DNA of 64,000 nucleotides from Chlorokybus atmophyticus (Eukaryota; Plantae; Mesostigma and Chlorokybus algae): assembly GCA_009103225.1 (NCBI GenBank), contig RHPI01002503.1:1125076-1189075 (forward strand). Direction: 5' to 3'. The notes under the pieces were generated by a model that made no database searches, was not told the origin of the DNA, and saw nothing but the letters and a program-made list of their open reading frames with translations. Shown here one piece after another: positions 47,210 to 61,800 of the stretch (the first letter of the stretch is position 1; every line of letters starts with the position of its first letter). A program made the translations under genes and the position numbers.

Positions 47210-50200
47210 TTAATACCCGCCACCGTAGCCACCATAGTTGCCATAGCCTATCTGAGGAACCTGAGGCGCGCCATAGCCTTGTGCATAACCGCCACCATAC
47301 GAGTCTTGCATGCCGTAGCCATCCGGAGCACCAAACTGAGCTGCCATGGGGCCACCGCCCCCGCCTCCAGCAGACACTGGGGCAGGAAGGGCTGGAAGCA
47401 GCTGCGAGTAGAGGTTCTGCACAAGATGATAGATTGTCAGCAGCAAGCCCTTGCCACATGTGATGCACTGAACCGGTCACATGATTGTTTACCTGCTGCA
47501 GCTTGGCTTCTGTTTCGGTCTTGGACGCTTCTTCCTTCTCCTTCTTGGCCTCATTTCGCTCCAGGATAAGCGTATCAACCTTGGTTGTGTACTCACGCAA
47601 AAACTACACGACCATCAACATAGTCAGCACAAGTCAATTCCTACCCATATGCTTCCCGCTTGTTTTGAATTCAACAAAAGGGCATGACAGTGCTGTGTGC
47701 ATACCTGAATCATGTATGGCATGACAAAGTCTGTCAAGCCGTTCATCCAGGCCAGCTCCATGGCCACATCCGCGCGGATGAGGTCGTAGCAAGTGTACAA
47801 GCAGGCAGCAAAGCACTCCTTGTTGCCCTGTTTCACAGCAAAACCACTGTTAGCCAGTGCACATAGTATTGCAGTCTCTTACACTTTGCGAGCTTGTGTA
47901 ACAACAGACCTGTTCCACGAAGAACGTAAGCAGTTCTTCGGCGATCTCCTTGTCACTAGACTGGGCAGCGGTTGCCATTGCATCCTTGTACAACTTGTCC
48001 TTCTTGGACAGTGCAACTGATTGACGGTAGCGCTCGTTCTTCTTGTATACATAGCTGGCAATCCTTCTGAACTCCATAAGCTCGTGCTTCTCCAACTGTT
48101 TGCAACAAGGTAGCATTAGAACATACACAACCATTTGTTCACAAGATTTGAAGCAATCCCAAAGCACGGGAACCGGTATAATGCTTTACCAACATACATG
48201 ATATCAAACATTCATTCAGCCTCACCTTGACTGCAAGTGCAATCTGGTCAAAGTTGTCGTAAGTGTCAATGGACACTCGCAACGCCTCGTAGTCTTCCTC
48301 CTCCACCAACAGCTCGTTCAGAGCCTCATTAACAGCTGACAGGTTGGTGTTCTGAACTGACTGCAGGTATGGCTTGATGAGCGGCAGATGGTGGGCCTTG
48401 CGCAAGATATCCACAACACGGCTGTGGTCCACACGTGGAGCCAGAACAGTGAGCAGGTCGTTGAGCAGGTTGGGATGCTCTTCCAGATAGAAACTGACAG
48501 CACGATAGTGCACTTCCACGCTGGCGACCTTGACCAGGACATCCTTGAAGGGAACATGCTCCCAAGCATCCGGTGAATGGGCCATCATCACATTGGCAGC
48601 ATTGTCGTACTCATCATAAGCCACGTACAAGAATGCAAGCTCCTTCCAGTGCTGCTGCTCGTCACAAACGCGAATGAGCTTTGGAATGTTGACGCGCGTA
48701 GAGAACAACTTTAGATGCTCCATCAACTTCTCGTGCTTGTATTTGGCATAAAGGCAGCCAAGCTCTGTAAAAATGCCCATGTGTGCACGCTCCAGACCCA
48801 AGCCAGCCTCCAACAGTGCAATGAGCTGGTCGAAGTGGCCACGTTGCTGATAGAAATCTGAGAGCTCGTCCAGCTCATCCGCTTGAACAATGATGTTGAG
48901 ACCGCAGAGCTGTGCCAGTCGGAACTCGTTGGCGTCCACGCATGCAAAGCACACCTCCTTCCAGACCTTGATGCTGTTGGCCTTGCGGGCAGCATCAACA
49001 GCCGCTTGGAACTGGCCAAGCTTAACGAGAGTGCTTGCAAGGCGGCCCCAGTTGGAAATGGCAGTGAACAGGATCTTGGCTGCCTCATACAGGCCCTCAT
49101 CGAAGCATCGGTCACCAGCAGTCTGAAGATTGGCGGTATGCGGCCCAGCAATGAACTCCTCAAGGTCCGTCAGCTGGTTGATCTTGGCATACGCATAGAC
49201 AAGCTCTGTGTCCACCTTGCTCTCCTTGATCTTCTTGCGAACCATAAGCAAATAGCGCACAAGGTCTGTGTAGCAATCAGCCTCACGAGCTGCGGCTATG
49301 ACGTCTGGGTAGCAGGTGACATCATTGGCACGGATGAATGATGCGATGGCATCAGGAACCAGCATGGCCTTCAGCTGGGCCTTGCCAACCTGTGTCCAGA
49401 CAGCATCTTCCTCCACCCGCTGAGCAAAGTCAACAGCGCGATCAATGCTGCCAATGTAGTCCAGAAGGACATTCACAGCAAGCACATTGTGGCCAAACTT
49501 CTTATAGATCACAAAGGCTTCTTCATAGAGCTCCGCACCAACGGCAATCTCTCCGACTGCAGGGCCATCAAAGTTGTCAAGGCGGTTGATGTAGTCCATG
49601 ACTCGTGACTTATCGGCCTTGATGGCAGTGAGGATAAGCAGATTCTGCAGGTTGGGGTTGCCACTAAATGCACTGTTCTGTAGGACAATCTTCTCAAGAA
49701 GCTCAATCAGTTCTTGAGGCAGGTCAGCGGTCATGAAGGCCTTGACTGTGATGGAGACCTGCTCGGGATTCTTGCTTTCTGGCAGGGCAGTTGACACCAC
49801 CTGGTCAATCAACTGGCGACGGAAGGGATTCTCTGGGGTCAGCACCTTCTCCCAAAGCTCAGGGTCCATGCGCTCCACAATATACCTAGCTTGAAGCTTG
49901 AACAGCGAGTTCTTGTTGGTGACATTGACGAGCTCCATGTCGCATTGGCCCCTCTTGTAGGCAACGCATGCCAGGTAGGGATCGCGCTTCTCGCAGTACT
50001 TACCAACAACCAATGAATCGTAGTACGGGTTGGTTGTCAGGAAGTGCTCGGGGTTATTGTTGCTGTCAATTATGATCTTGCCAAGCGCGTTGTGCACATG
50101 CACATCTGTGCTGCCTTCGCTGACCAAGTGCTCAAGGAACTGGCTCAGCATCTTCAGCCTGTTGCGCTTCTCGCACTCAGCAACAAGCGGCTCTACTGGC

Positions 50201-53200
50201 AGAAGGCTTCGCACTGACAAGATCAAGTTCTTGATGAACTCCTCATTGCACTCAGCATCCAACAAGGCACCCACGACCAGGGGGGCATTGGTTGGGTTGA
50301 CCTTCTGGACATAGCCCTCAATGTACCGCAGCATGTTGTTGTTGTAGAGATACAGAGTCAAATCAGGAACAAACCCATGGCGGTCGCAAACATTGATGAG
50401 TGGCCTGGCATCTGGCAGCTTGGCCTCCATGAGGAATTGCTTTGTCCGCTCTGGTGGGTAGAAGTTGGACTCACGGGTCACACGCTCAACCTCCTTTATC
50501 TGTCCAATCCTTGAGGCAGCTTCAATGTACTTGAAGTGGATGTCTGGATCCTCACTGAAGGACAGGTACGAACCCAAGTAGAAGTATAAGCCCTCATAGG
50601 ACTTGAACGACTCAAACATCTCAATGATAGACTCAGCCTGAAGCTGCTCTGTGTACTCCTTGCAGATTTGGACAACCACTTGCAGGTTCTGGCGCATGTT
50701 GGTAGCCAGAAGCTCCCGGAGACAGTCCAATGCCCACTCCCTGGACAGTGTGCCAAAAAACTCCACGAGCGCCTGCGCCTCGATGCCATGGGTGTTGACC
50801 ACAACACGCTTGATATCTGGCAGATCGCTGTAGTGCTGCAGAGCTCGCACATAGAGGCCGGCCTTCTCACAAAGCTGGGCGATGCGTGGGCGATCATAGT
50901 AGCTGAACATGTTGTTGGCCAAGATGGCATCGGCAACATTGGGGTATGTCACAAGGTTAATTTCCAACACCTTGGTCTGAAGGTGGGCATGCTCTGGCAA
51001 GTTCGGCTTCAGAACATCAAGAAGGAACGATGTAGCCTCCCGAATCATGTTGCGCTGCAAGAAGAGATCTGCCACTGTGTTGTAGTCCATCTTGGGGGCA
51101 TCCGGCATCTGCCCGATCATCAGTGCCAAGTTCACAGCACCCTGAGGGTCAGTTCGCAGACTCTGCTGCAACAGGCCCATATAGTCTGGGGTGTATCCCA
51201 CTTGCTGGCAATACTTGACTATCTTGTCATATTCCCTGCGCTCCGCTAGCGCCAACACCACCTTGGGTGTAGCTCGGGCCTTAATGTAGATTTTCAGGGC
51301 CATATCATTGTCAACAGTCTGTCAACAGCGAACAGCACTATTAGTGCACTCTGGGTGACAACACACTGCCACTATCAAATAGAAGTACACCAACATGCAT
51401 TTGCAGGAAGGCTAACCTTGACAAGATCTCCAAGCTCTTCACTGCATTCAAGCTTGTCCTCGTTCAGCCAGTTGTCCAACAAGTTCTTTTTATTCTGGCT
51501 TACAACTAACTTTGACAGCTCAAGGGACTCAAAGGCATTGAGCTTGCCCTTCGTCAGCAGTGTACCAAAGTATTGCAGCAAGGGAGGGGTTGTGCCGGGC
51601 TGCACTGGCACAGACTGCAAAGCACGCAACACATGAGTACTTTCGTAACTAACTGGTTCAACAGCAGAGGGTCGTCAGCTGCAAGATACCTGGAACTTCT
51701 GGACAGTCTCCCGCGTGCGCAGCACCGCCTGCGGTGATGAAGCTGCCAACTCAGCCGCCTCTTTGTACTGACCAGCAGCAAACAGGTTGTTGAACTGCTG
51801 CACAACCTGCGAAACCCAGACAAAGTCATGTTGATGTAAGCAAATTGACCATGCAATTGAACCACATGTTGGCAACTGCCACGCAGATGGGTTCGCAATG
51901 CACTGGTAGAGCCCAACGTACACAACTTACCATCCCTTCAGCTCCAGGAAGATTGGCACGACTGGCCAAGGCCAAGGCAAGCTCCATGTTGTTCAGCTGT
52001 AATCATGCGACAATGTTAACACTCTGGCGCTGTGAACTTCGCCATGCAAAGCCTGCAGCACATCAAAACTTGCATTGAATGATTGCTACCTGTGTGCTGA
52101 CGAAAGGCACCAGAGTCTGTTCATTGACCGTGGCAAGAAGCACCTGACCCTTGCGATTCACGGCATAAAACCCACCAATGGATGGTGCATCACTTGTAAG
52201 GAAGATTGGGTCAGCGCTTATCCTTTGCCTGTACACTGCTGCTCCTGACTCCAAGTCGTAAACAAACAGCAAGCCCAGCTTGGTGATGATGTAGACCAAG
52301 CCATACTTTTGCGAAATCTGCAGCGGTATTGCGCAATAGTAAGCAGACGCCCACTTTGGCACACTGCACTGGGCAAGCATTCATGTATGACATCTCTAGA
52401 CGCATGACATGCCTGCATGGAGACAGGGAAGTCATCTGCAAATTCTGGTGGGAAGAACAAATCCGCCTGCTTCTTTTGGTACCCAGGCACACCTGCCATG
52501 GTTCACAAATGTTAACAAGCATACCATCTACTGGACAACTGACCGCGAGCCAACTAGGTGCATGCAACAAGTGCATTCTTGAACTAACCTGGCTGAGCTC
52601 CAAGCTCAATGATGTGCAGCTTGGAGTTCACTTGCCCGTTCACCAACGTCTTTTGGGCAAATGAAATCAGCAGCGAAGGAGTTGCATTGCCTGCCACCTG
52701 TCGGCAATGTTAGTTAAAACAGCGACAATGTTAGTTAAAACAGCAACAAAGCCAAAACTCAGAACGACAAACAACTTACTGTAAGCGATGCAAAAGCAGC
52801 GGCATGTGCTTCGAGTGCCTGACTCCTTTGCTGATCGACAGAGTACAGCTGCATATTTCCCTTCACGAGTGCTGGCCTCTGCAACACACCAAGGTAAGGT
52901 GAAATCTTGACAATGGTGGAAGATAAAACAGTGCACCATGCATGCTGTACTGCTATGCAGTACTTGGTTGCTTGTATAGAAAATTGCATGCACCATTGCA
53001 ATCCACAACAGCAGAGGGCTTCAGACCATGGCAAGGCAAACTAACCTCAGGGGCACCTGGAGCAATGCCAACCAATACGAGCCACCTTTCAGTTGGATCA
53101 CACCTGTAATTGATGATCTGGTTTCCACTCAGGTTTGCAGTCCGATCAAACATCTTCACTGGATCCGATGTGCCTGCACATGCATGCATGTCCCAGGCCT

Positions 53201-54750
53201 TCAGTATATTACACTACACGGTATATTACACGCACGGAGTTCCCACCACACTTGCTTCCCACCTTCCATTGACCAGTGGTAAACAGAGGTGCCAGTAACC
53301 AACCCAATGACGCTGGGGGTGACCCATTTCCAGAAAACAACCTGAACAAATAATGTCAACCATGCATGGTGGCCATTCAACTTGCATGGGGACTAGACAC
53401 TCGGACACTAAGAGTATATGCCAACCTTGTCATGCCAGGGGCAATGAAGCTCACCTGCTCTGGCATCTGGAACGACTTCACCTTTGCCTTTGCATCAATG
53501 TTGAAGATTTGTAAATGATCCTGAGTGGTACCCTGGACAACAGCTGCGACAAGAGTTCACATGTCACTTGCTTTCTTGATCGACATGCCAATGCTCGAGC
53601 ACACAAACCATGTAATGCTCGCATGGTGGGCGATTGCACTTTATACCTTTCAAAGCGATAATCTTCTGGATTGGATGCATGAGCGCTGAATCAGCAGTGA
53701 TGGGGCGGCGCAGAGGAGCCAAGGGGTTGGCTGTGTCAATAATGACAACACTGTTTGTAGCAGCTGTCTCTCGCACGCAGATAAATTTCTCACTCTCCAT
53801 GGTGACATGGGTGAATGTGATGAACTGCTGGTTGATGCCCAAAGCCGGCAGCTGCAACATACAGCTAGAGTTAATGACAGCTCAATCAGCATGCCACACA
53901 GACCGCAACTGCTGATAAACAGACAAGTTGCTGTACTGACAAGTTGCTAAAGGTGTTAGGCGTTAGCAGCCACTGACGACACATCGGCTGCCACAGTCAC
54001 GAGCACCATGATCAACTCGTAAAGGGCAGGTCAAGCACGGTGGCCGTACGGTCAAAGACTGTCGCGCAGACAAACTGGGCACTAAGTGCCAAATAATTTC
54101 AGAGCAGCTGAGATGATGCACCTAGCTATACTTGCACCCCATGATGTATGTAAGCAAAAAACGACTCATCTGATCATGAATATCGCATGCAAAAATTATC
54201 GTTACCCTGGCGCCCAACGGGGCTGCATCCAGACTCTTTCATATTACGAGCATATCAGCGTACGGCATGAAGTCTGCCCACAGCACTGAGTGTGGTGTAT
54301 CAAGAACATGTGGAGATAGATATAAACCATGGAGAGCTTCGAGAACCTTAACAACCAGTTCGGATGGCTAGACACTGGCAACAGGCTAACTAGCACGCTG
54401 ACCCTCCCTGCCCTTTGTAAGGCTTTGCCAGCCTACTAACGACTGCAATGCACTCAAGACTGCCGCATTTACTTGTTTCGTAATGGTACATTACGTTATG
54501 ACCAGTGATCCGATGCTATACGACCCCTTGACTGGTAACACTTCTGACACTATTCTCAGCTAACACCAAGCGTGCGGGGCAGGATCAGAAGCAAAGAATG
54601 GCAGCTGACGTCATGCTTGTTCAACATGTAGTCGGCAATGCGATCGTCAACAACTTCACGCGCATGGCAAAGCTTGCCTCAACGGCTAAGGGTTTTGGCA
54701 CTTACCGACAGCTGCTCCTTGAGGGCGATGGGGGCGCCAGGGTTTGCCAT
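47210..54750 (-). CDS. CHC: Clathrin heavy chain; multi-exon
   Basis: Exon 1 [15 protein letters not shown] (54750-54706). [85 protein letters not shown]; Gly/Tyr-rich tail; stop at 47210. Confidence 0.99.
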
Positions 54751-56789
54751 GATGGAGGCGTTTCACGGCAGCCCAGCAGGGCACTCCCTGTAATGACACC
54801 GCAGCAGCGGCCCGCTTGCCGTTCCCCCCAACCTTCGTCTCGTCGCCACCGCACGGCCCTGCGGCGTAGGCGATGTATGCTGTTTTCGGTTGCCAGCTGC
54901 CACAATAAGCTAACCGTACATTCGTTTGGACCGACCGCGTTAGGGTTTCATTACGGATATTCACAATAACCGTGCTGGATATCAATGTAATTCCGCATGA
55001 GCGGCAGTTCACCACCGTTTATTAACGGACGCGTCGAGCTCGGTTACTCTCGCCCGGTTCCGTAAATCTGGCGTGCTGACCGGGTGTAACGAACCCTCCT
55101 CGGCTCGCAGTTCGTAGCCGAAAGCGAGTTCGCTGCCACTTTGAGATCGCTGGCTTTCAGGTCGCTGCGTGACCGGAGCAATTGATGGGATTCCTGAATC
55201 TGTGGGTGTCAAGTGCGCAAACCACCACGCAAGGCGCTCCAACTGCGTGATGATGTAGAGTAGGATAACATAGAGGGGCCCGAAATTGCATGTTGCACAC
55301 AGCATTGCTGTCACATCAACCACATGAACCATGGCTGTTGCGGCGCAATTGAACACACAATGGAACACAATGTTCCACATATGTGTGCAATAATTGTTCT
55401 CCATAACTAGAGAATGATATCATTGCTGTGAATGTAACTCTGATTGCAGCTATGACATTCATGTCATATGCAAGGTTGATACTTTCAACTAATATTACAC
55501 GTTTTATATAATGCTACTATTGCCATTATTGAAACTTGATAGTCTATGCATACAGATTACCCATTACCGCACATATAACCGTTACAATGATTGCATAATC
55601 AATGCATGACAACGTATGTGTTTATGTTTACACACATTGATGTAACAATTAAAATAAGATAACATGTTATATTTGTATACAACCCGTCAAATGGAAGTTG
55701 CAAGTAGAATTGTGTTGATGCATTTCATACAATTTATGTACACAAGTAAGTGAGCCAATTCATATCGATTGTTTTTTAAGCAATGTGATACGTATGTGTT
55801 TTGCAATCATTAGACAGCCCCGGACATTATCAACGATTGCATCGAGGGTTACATGCAGTGTTAAACAGCCGTCTATTGCTTTGCACTTTGATATGCATAC
55901 ACGAAAATGCGTATTTGCATTGTCGCAGTATTGCATAAGTTGTACAATTGCAAGTTGTAATATCGCAGTGCATTAATACTGCACATGAGGTGGGGTAATC
56001 AATGCAACCTATCTACAAAGCGGCAAGCAACAAACACACATAGGGAAGACTTATTACACTTGGGGGTATAGCCGTAGCTTAGCGTAGCCGATCATATCGT
56101 CACTTAGCTAGCTATGTATATGCGTGCGTGCAATGCGTGCATGCAATGTTTGTGGTGCAGGAGCAGCAGCAAACCAAGCGGACAAACAACGTGCATGCAT
56201 GTAGGGAGCGTGTCAGGCCGCGAAGCGCAGCATGTGAAGTGTTGTGGCATGATGGCATGCTGTGCTTTGCAGGTGTGTGCTGGCGCCTCACGCCTCGAGC
56301 TATCCCNCGTTGTTTTATCCAACTTCCCGCCGCCGCCTTGAACACACTATTATCAACGACGACAACAATGCAATTCATGTCCTTGAGAATTAGGGTTAGC
56401 AAGCTATGAGTCTCAAGCCAAATGAAGGTTGATAAGTTGTAATCTGTAAGTTCCGGCCAAGTGCCACAATGCACAGTGTCTCATGCAATCGCAAAATGTA
56501 TTTAACTGCAACATTATTAAGCTGCAGCACAATAACACATGCAGCAAGATGAGACGACCGCAGCACACCCATGACTCAATATGCGGGCATAATGTGCTCC
56601 CCTCATTCACGTTGCGCAAACTCACTTGTCCTCACCTTAATGCCGCACTTATCAGTTGTAATACACATTACACCTACCCAACACCATTACATGCCATTCG
56701 AGAGCGATTTTTGGCTAGCCGAGTGGTGGTGTTTGAACAAACACTCTTGGTCAGTTACACGAAAGTAGTAGTCAGTCAACATACTAGCA

Positions 56790-58250
56790 CCAGCATCAAT
56801 GATGGTGTGGCCGGTGTATACCATCCTGCAACCCTCTACACATCAAGCGAAATAGATACACACCCGAGCACTCATACCACAACCTGTTGTGCCGACATCG
56901 TTGCAGCTTGGCCAACAGCTGTCGCTGCTGATACCTGGTTGCAGACCATCAGCAAGCAGGCGCACCATTTCAGCCACAAAGCGTGCTTTGTAGTTAGTGA
57001 TCTTCATGAACCGGTGAGCTTAGGACCACAATGTTGAGCTTCGCTGAGACTGCCACATGTGACTCCGGTTGTGGCGCTCTGTGAATAGGTATGCCTGCAA
57101 ACACTGGCTGGCGCAGCTTGTTGTAAACCCGTGTGCACAACCCAATGTCTTGTGTTGGAACACAATGAGGTTCAGGTAGGATACTGTCACCCTTGCTGCC
57201 GTCTCAGTCAGGGTTGGTTAGTGTGCCGGGTACAAACCCCCCGCTAAAGCATCATTGCACATGTACATGAATGGCTCAAAACCCCACATGCACAATCACC
57301 AAGTCATCAACATAGCGCAAAATACTGCGAGCATACTTTACCAACAAGGGGCGATCCTTAGGGCTTGAGGCGCCTGAGCCACCTGAGTTCGTAGCCCAGC
57401 AGATGGTTGTTTGCCAAATCACCACCTGCACCATTTCTCATTGGGATGCGAATTTACTGCTTCTGTGCGGTTAGTAGCCGTTTGCACAAACAAGCACGTG
57501 CTGATCGTGAAGTAGCTGCCCACCATTCACTCACACGCATGTAATAATGTTTTTGTATAACAGATAAGCATGCGTCCGCGTTTAAGATGGTAGGCAAATG
57601 GTACCTAGGTTCATTGCACTAGATGCAAGCTGCTTTGTGCGCTCCAGCTATTGTGCTTGGTGGCTTAAGGTTGTGCCATTGCTTCGTTGTAATTTACTGT
57701 GGTTGCGCTGCACTTTACTCCAAACCTTACAAAAGGGACTTCAGAGTTGCGCGAAGCACATTCCTGCAAAATGCGTGTGCACATGCACAGCACTCAGCAT
57801 CAGGCACACACAACCATGACAGAGCTTTACATGCAACAACCAACACTAAAGTGACCAAGACTTAAGACCTGAGAGTAGACCATGAACCTGATCCGCAAGT
57901 AGTGCGCAGGCAGCAAGGAGGCAACCATATTCTGCACAGCATAACAGAGCAGAGGAGAGGTAGAGATCATGCTTGTCCCGCTGCGCCCATGCACGACGAC
58001 AACAATAACGCCGATGACGACGGCAGGACGTTTCAAACCAAGTTGCCCCTCGCCGCCATGACTGCGTGTTGCGTAATTATCCCTCTACCGGTCTTACAAG
58101 CCATGCACTCAAGACCTAGCTCGTTAGTCCTTTCATAGGCAGTCGATAGGAATCTCAAAAAGCAGCACCATTGCATAGGCTGTCCAGTGATACGCTGAAA
58201 GCGGGAGAGTACAACTGCGTCAGGACTTGCGATCACACACATCCTCATTG
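56790..58250 (-). mobile_element. Decayed Penelope-like retroelement RT (C-terminal RT, Naiad/Chlamys-like layout)
   Basis: Minus-strand motifs in the correct order across stops and frameshifts: Q*IRIPMRNGAGGDLANNHLLGYELRWL (about 57380-57460), ILRYVDDL (YVDD 57303-57314), GGLYP, VSYLNLIV (57161-57184), RVYNKLRQP, HRFMKITNYKARFVAEMVRLLADG. The part above about 57600 is weaker. Confidence 0.72.
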
Positions 58251-58839
58251 CGCATATGCCCAAGACAGGCGCTTAGCTAGCGTGTGACGCTCACCCACAA
58301 TAGTGTCACCCTTCCCACAACCCACCACTTACACGGGCAGGGTTAGGGGGCATGAGTGACATAATGCGTACCACCCTACGCGTCAGCAACAAATACCTGC
58401 ACAACAAGTCAGCAGGGTAAGCGGGGAGCAGAACAATGCAGAGCATTTGCAAGACTAGACTTTACACGAGTACATAAGCAGAGCACATATGTACACTAGC
58501 ATGTCCAAGCAGTGCAAGCATAATCAAACACATACACAAGTACCACATGTCCATTTTGGCATGTGGTCTGCAGTGCTTGACAGCTCGCCATCGTTAACTT
58601 GCACTGTTGTCTGATGGTGCCTTATAGTGTGTGCACACAGACGACATGCTCGGTCAAACGGTGTACCAGCGCATTGCTTATCAACATAGCTGTCATGTCT
58701 CTTATAACAGTCATTGCTATTGTCTCCGCCCGGCGCTTGACGGTGGCCTCTGTGCTGGAGAGTCTGTGCGGACTGCAACCCTTGAGGCTGTACCCGGTCG
58801 CGAACCCATTGATCCTGTTGATAAGTAAGACACCACCTA

Positions 58840-61800
58840 TCACACCGCATAACCGACTGCACAGTGCAAACACAACCACCAATATGCTCAACTGTGATGG
58901 GGGAAATAAATCACCATTACCTGCAGATGTTGGCGGCCGGCGGGCTTGTTGCTGTGCAGAGCCTCGTTCAAGGGGGGCACCCGGGGCCGCATGCCCATTT
59001 GCTTTGCTTGAAGTTCTGCCGCCTTTCTGGCCCGTGCCGGGCCGTGCAGCATGCAGATCCCCATTGGACATGGGCGTTTGTCCATTGTCTAACTTATACT
59101 CGGCAAAAACCGGCAAGTCTACATCTGCAATTACTTGCGCGGGTCCCGTGGATCTGCAGAACGGGCAGTGGTCTTGTTCTAGTACGGCGAGGTCGTACTC
59201 CTCCTGTTCAAAGAAGTGGTTGCAGTGGCTGCACAGGTGTATGCTGGCATCAGGGTCCATGATGCGGAAGTACTGGTTGGGCAGCGCGCGAGAAGGCCAC
59301 CGCAGCACAATGATCTCGTCCCTCGAGAAGGAAGCCAACATGGCGCGATCAGCGGACACACGCTGGTTTTGGGTCATGAGCTGCTGCCTGAAAGGGTCCT
59401 CCATGTTCATGCCAAAGTCAGCTGCTTCATCCAACCGCAGCGTCTGCGCGTCCCCATGCTCTTCCTCTTGCCACCCGTGCGTGTTGCTTGTGCGCCTCGT
59501 GCCGATAGGCGCATCGGACTCAATCAATGCAACAGCCTCAGCATCGCTGATGTCCGGGTCCAGCACAAACTCCACGAGGGGTAAGTGGTCAAACGTGAGG
59601 AACGAGCGTTGGAACGCTTGCCCGCACGTCACACAGGCGTCGCCCTGAGTGCTTTGCAAGGGGTTCGTCGTGCCACACCGGTAGCAAACCGGCTGCAGGT
59701 CCTCTCGATTTGAGAACGGTTTACTCCTGATTGTAATGCTGGCCAAATCAATCTGCTCTGCCCATGCTAGAGGCACCTTGAGAGCCTGCCATTGCAACGC
59801 AGCATTCAGCACTGCACCCAAAATGTGCAGCTTGCAAGGCATACAGCTATGTAGACAGCTTTTGTAACCATATATGGGTGTGATATTGATCTTATGACAT
59901 GTAGTTACAACGACCTTGTGAAGCCTCCAACTTCAATGACACTAGCAACTGTGATAGCTTGAACCGTCAAGTTTATTCAACTACATCTTGCACATGTTCA
60001 GTAAATATGAGCCACATATTGCACATACGTGTGGGATGATTTTGGCCCCTTGCATTTCAGTGTACATTCACGATGTGTGCTCTCTTCAGTGACTGTGTGC
60101 ACAACAAGCATACGCCTCCCTGTCTCAGTGTTGACCGACTTGGTTAAGTATACCTGAAGCTTGTCATAAGCGTGGCGAGCAAGCTTGTAGGCACCGAGCG
60201 CCTCTCCATGCTTGGCCAGGGCATAGTAGACGTAGGCGCGCGAAACGCCGGTCGGCACGTCATTTGTCATGCGGTTGAGCACGAACAGCGCCATCTGAAA
60301 CAGCATCTCCGGCATGACTGTTCGGAACGGCTCGTCCGTGCATCGGTAAATGGAGTGATACGCAAAGTATATCTCTGCGTTGATGTAGTTTTTCAGGAAG
60401 GAATCAAGGGCCTGCTGGTCCAACTCTGAGAGGCTGGCTGGGCCCTCTGCTTGGATCATGCTCAAGCTCTCCATGCTTGCTACCCAACAGTAGTGCGCGG
60501 CGTCCTGGAAACGGTGCTCTATGATCGCATTCTCTGTCAGCTGCTGCAGCATGCGTTGCGACTCTTCCGGTCGCCCAGCTTTTCTGTATGCAACCCTTGC
60601 TTCATCAAAACGATCTTGAAGCCCAAGCCACTGCCGCGAGCAAGAATAAACTTGAGTGGATGACAACACTAACGGCAAGTGATACTCAAGGTATCTACTG
60701 TTTACAGTAGGAAAGTAGGTGGTATGCAGTCAATTACCTGAGCATACGGCAACTGAAGCTCCGTCCCATACTGAGGATGTGCTTTGACTAGCAAGAATGC
60801 ATCATCCCACTTTTGGTTCTCGACGTACAGCGCAAGAAGCCCTTGCACATCGCCAATCTGCACGCCATGCAGCTTATGATGACCACAGCATAGGCACAGT
60901 GCGTGATGCATGGCAATGAAGCATTGCTTTTGCAGTGGTACGCTGGCGCTTTTGGCACAAAGCGCACCTTGAGGTATGCCTCCTTGGCATAGTTCATTTG
61001 GCCAGCCTTTTTGAGGTAGTGCGCACACATGGTGATGGCCTTGACCTCGGTTTTATCTACACTTCGCATGACCTGCAGCCATTCACAGCAAACAAGGTGA
61101 GCAGTCGCACACAAAGTACAGAGCACAATGTACTGTAGTATGTGCTGCATCATTTGCAAGGAGGGAAAGGTGCAAATGAACCAATGGCACACCTCCAAGA
61201 GCTTGTCGGTCCACGCATTGCTGCCAATGATCTGCACTGCCCGCTCGTACTTCTTTGCTTTGAGGTACATCTCTGCTGCTGACTCGTAGTCATTAACCTC
61301 CTCTGACCACTCAGCCTGGACAACGGGAGATCAAAACCATGCATCAGCACTCTTGTGAGTGTGACCAAACTGGCCGACAACACACAATCAAAAGGCTGTC
61401 TCTCTCTGACCTGCTTCTGAATTAGCTCCTGCACTTGTAATGTGCCAGCACCTGCATCGGTGTCCGCGGAGCCCCTTTCGCGAGCATGTTCATCGGCCCA
61501 TGCTCGGGCTTCATCAAACATGCGGAGGTCCGCAAACATCTCCATAGCCTTCTCAACTTGACCGCTGGACGCATACAGCTTGGCTGCTTCTTGGTACTTG
61601 CCCTGTACAGTGCAAGTGTTAACAATGCATCAAAGATTTGAGTTGGGCACCTTGTCGCTGATTGTACAACATCAGCGGATGCAACCCTCATCAACAGCCT
61701 ACCTGGTAGGCGCATATCTCAGCCAAGAATGGTGCATCAGACCCGCTTGGCCGCAGCCGCCTCGCCTGCTCGATGCGGTTAAGCAGCTCCACATATCGCA

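Noticed and set aside
48318-51249. Multiple ORFs antisense to or overlapping clathrin, and likewise 58599-59648 opposite IFT122 and 11959-12663 opposite PRK
   Set aside because: Shadow ORFs expected from GC-rich codon usage in long exons; no recognisable motifs.
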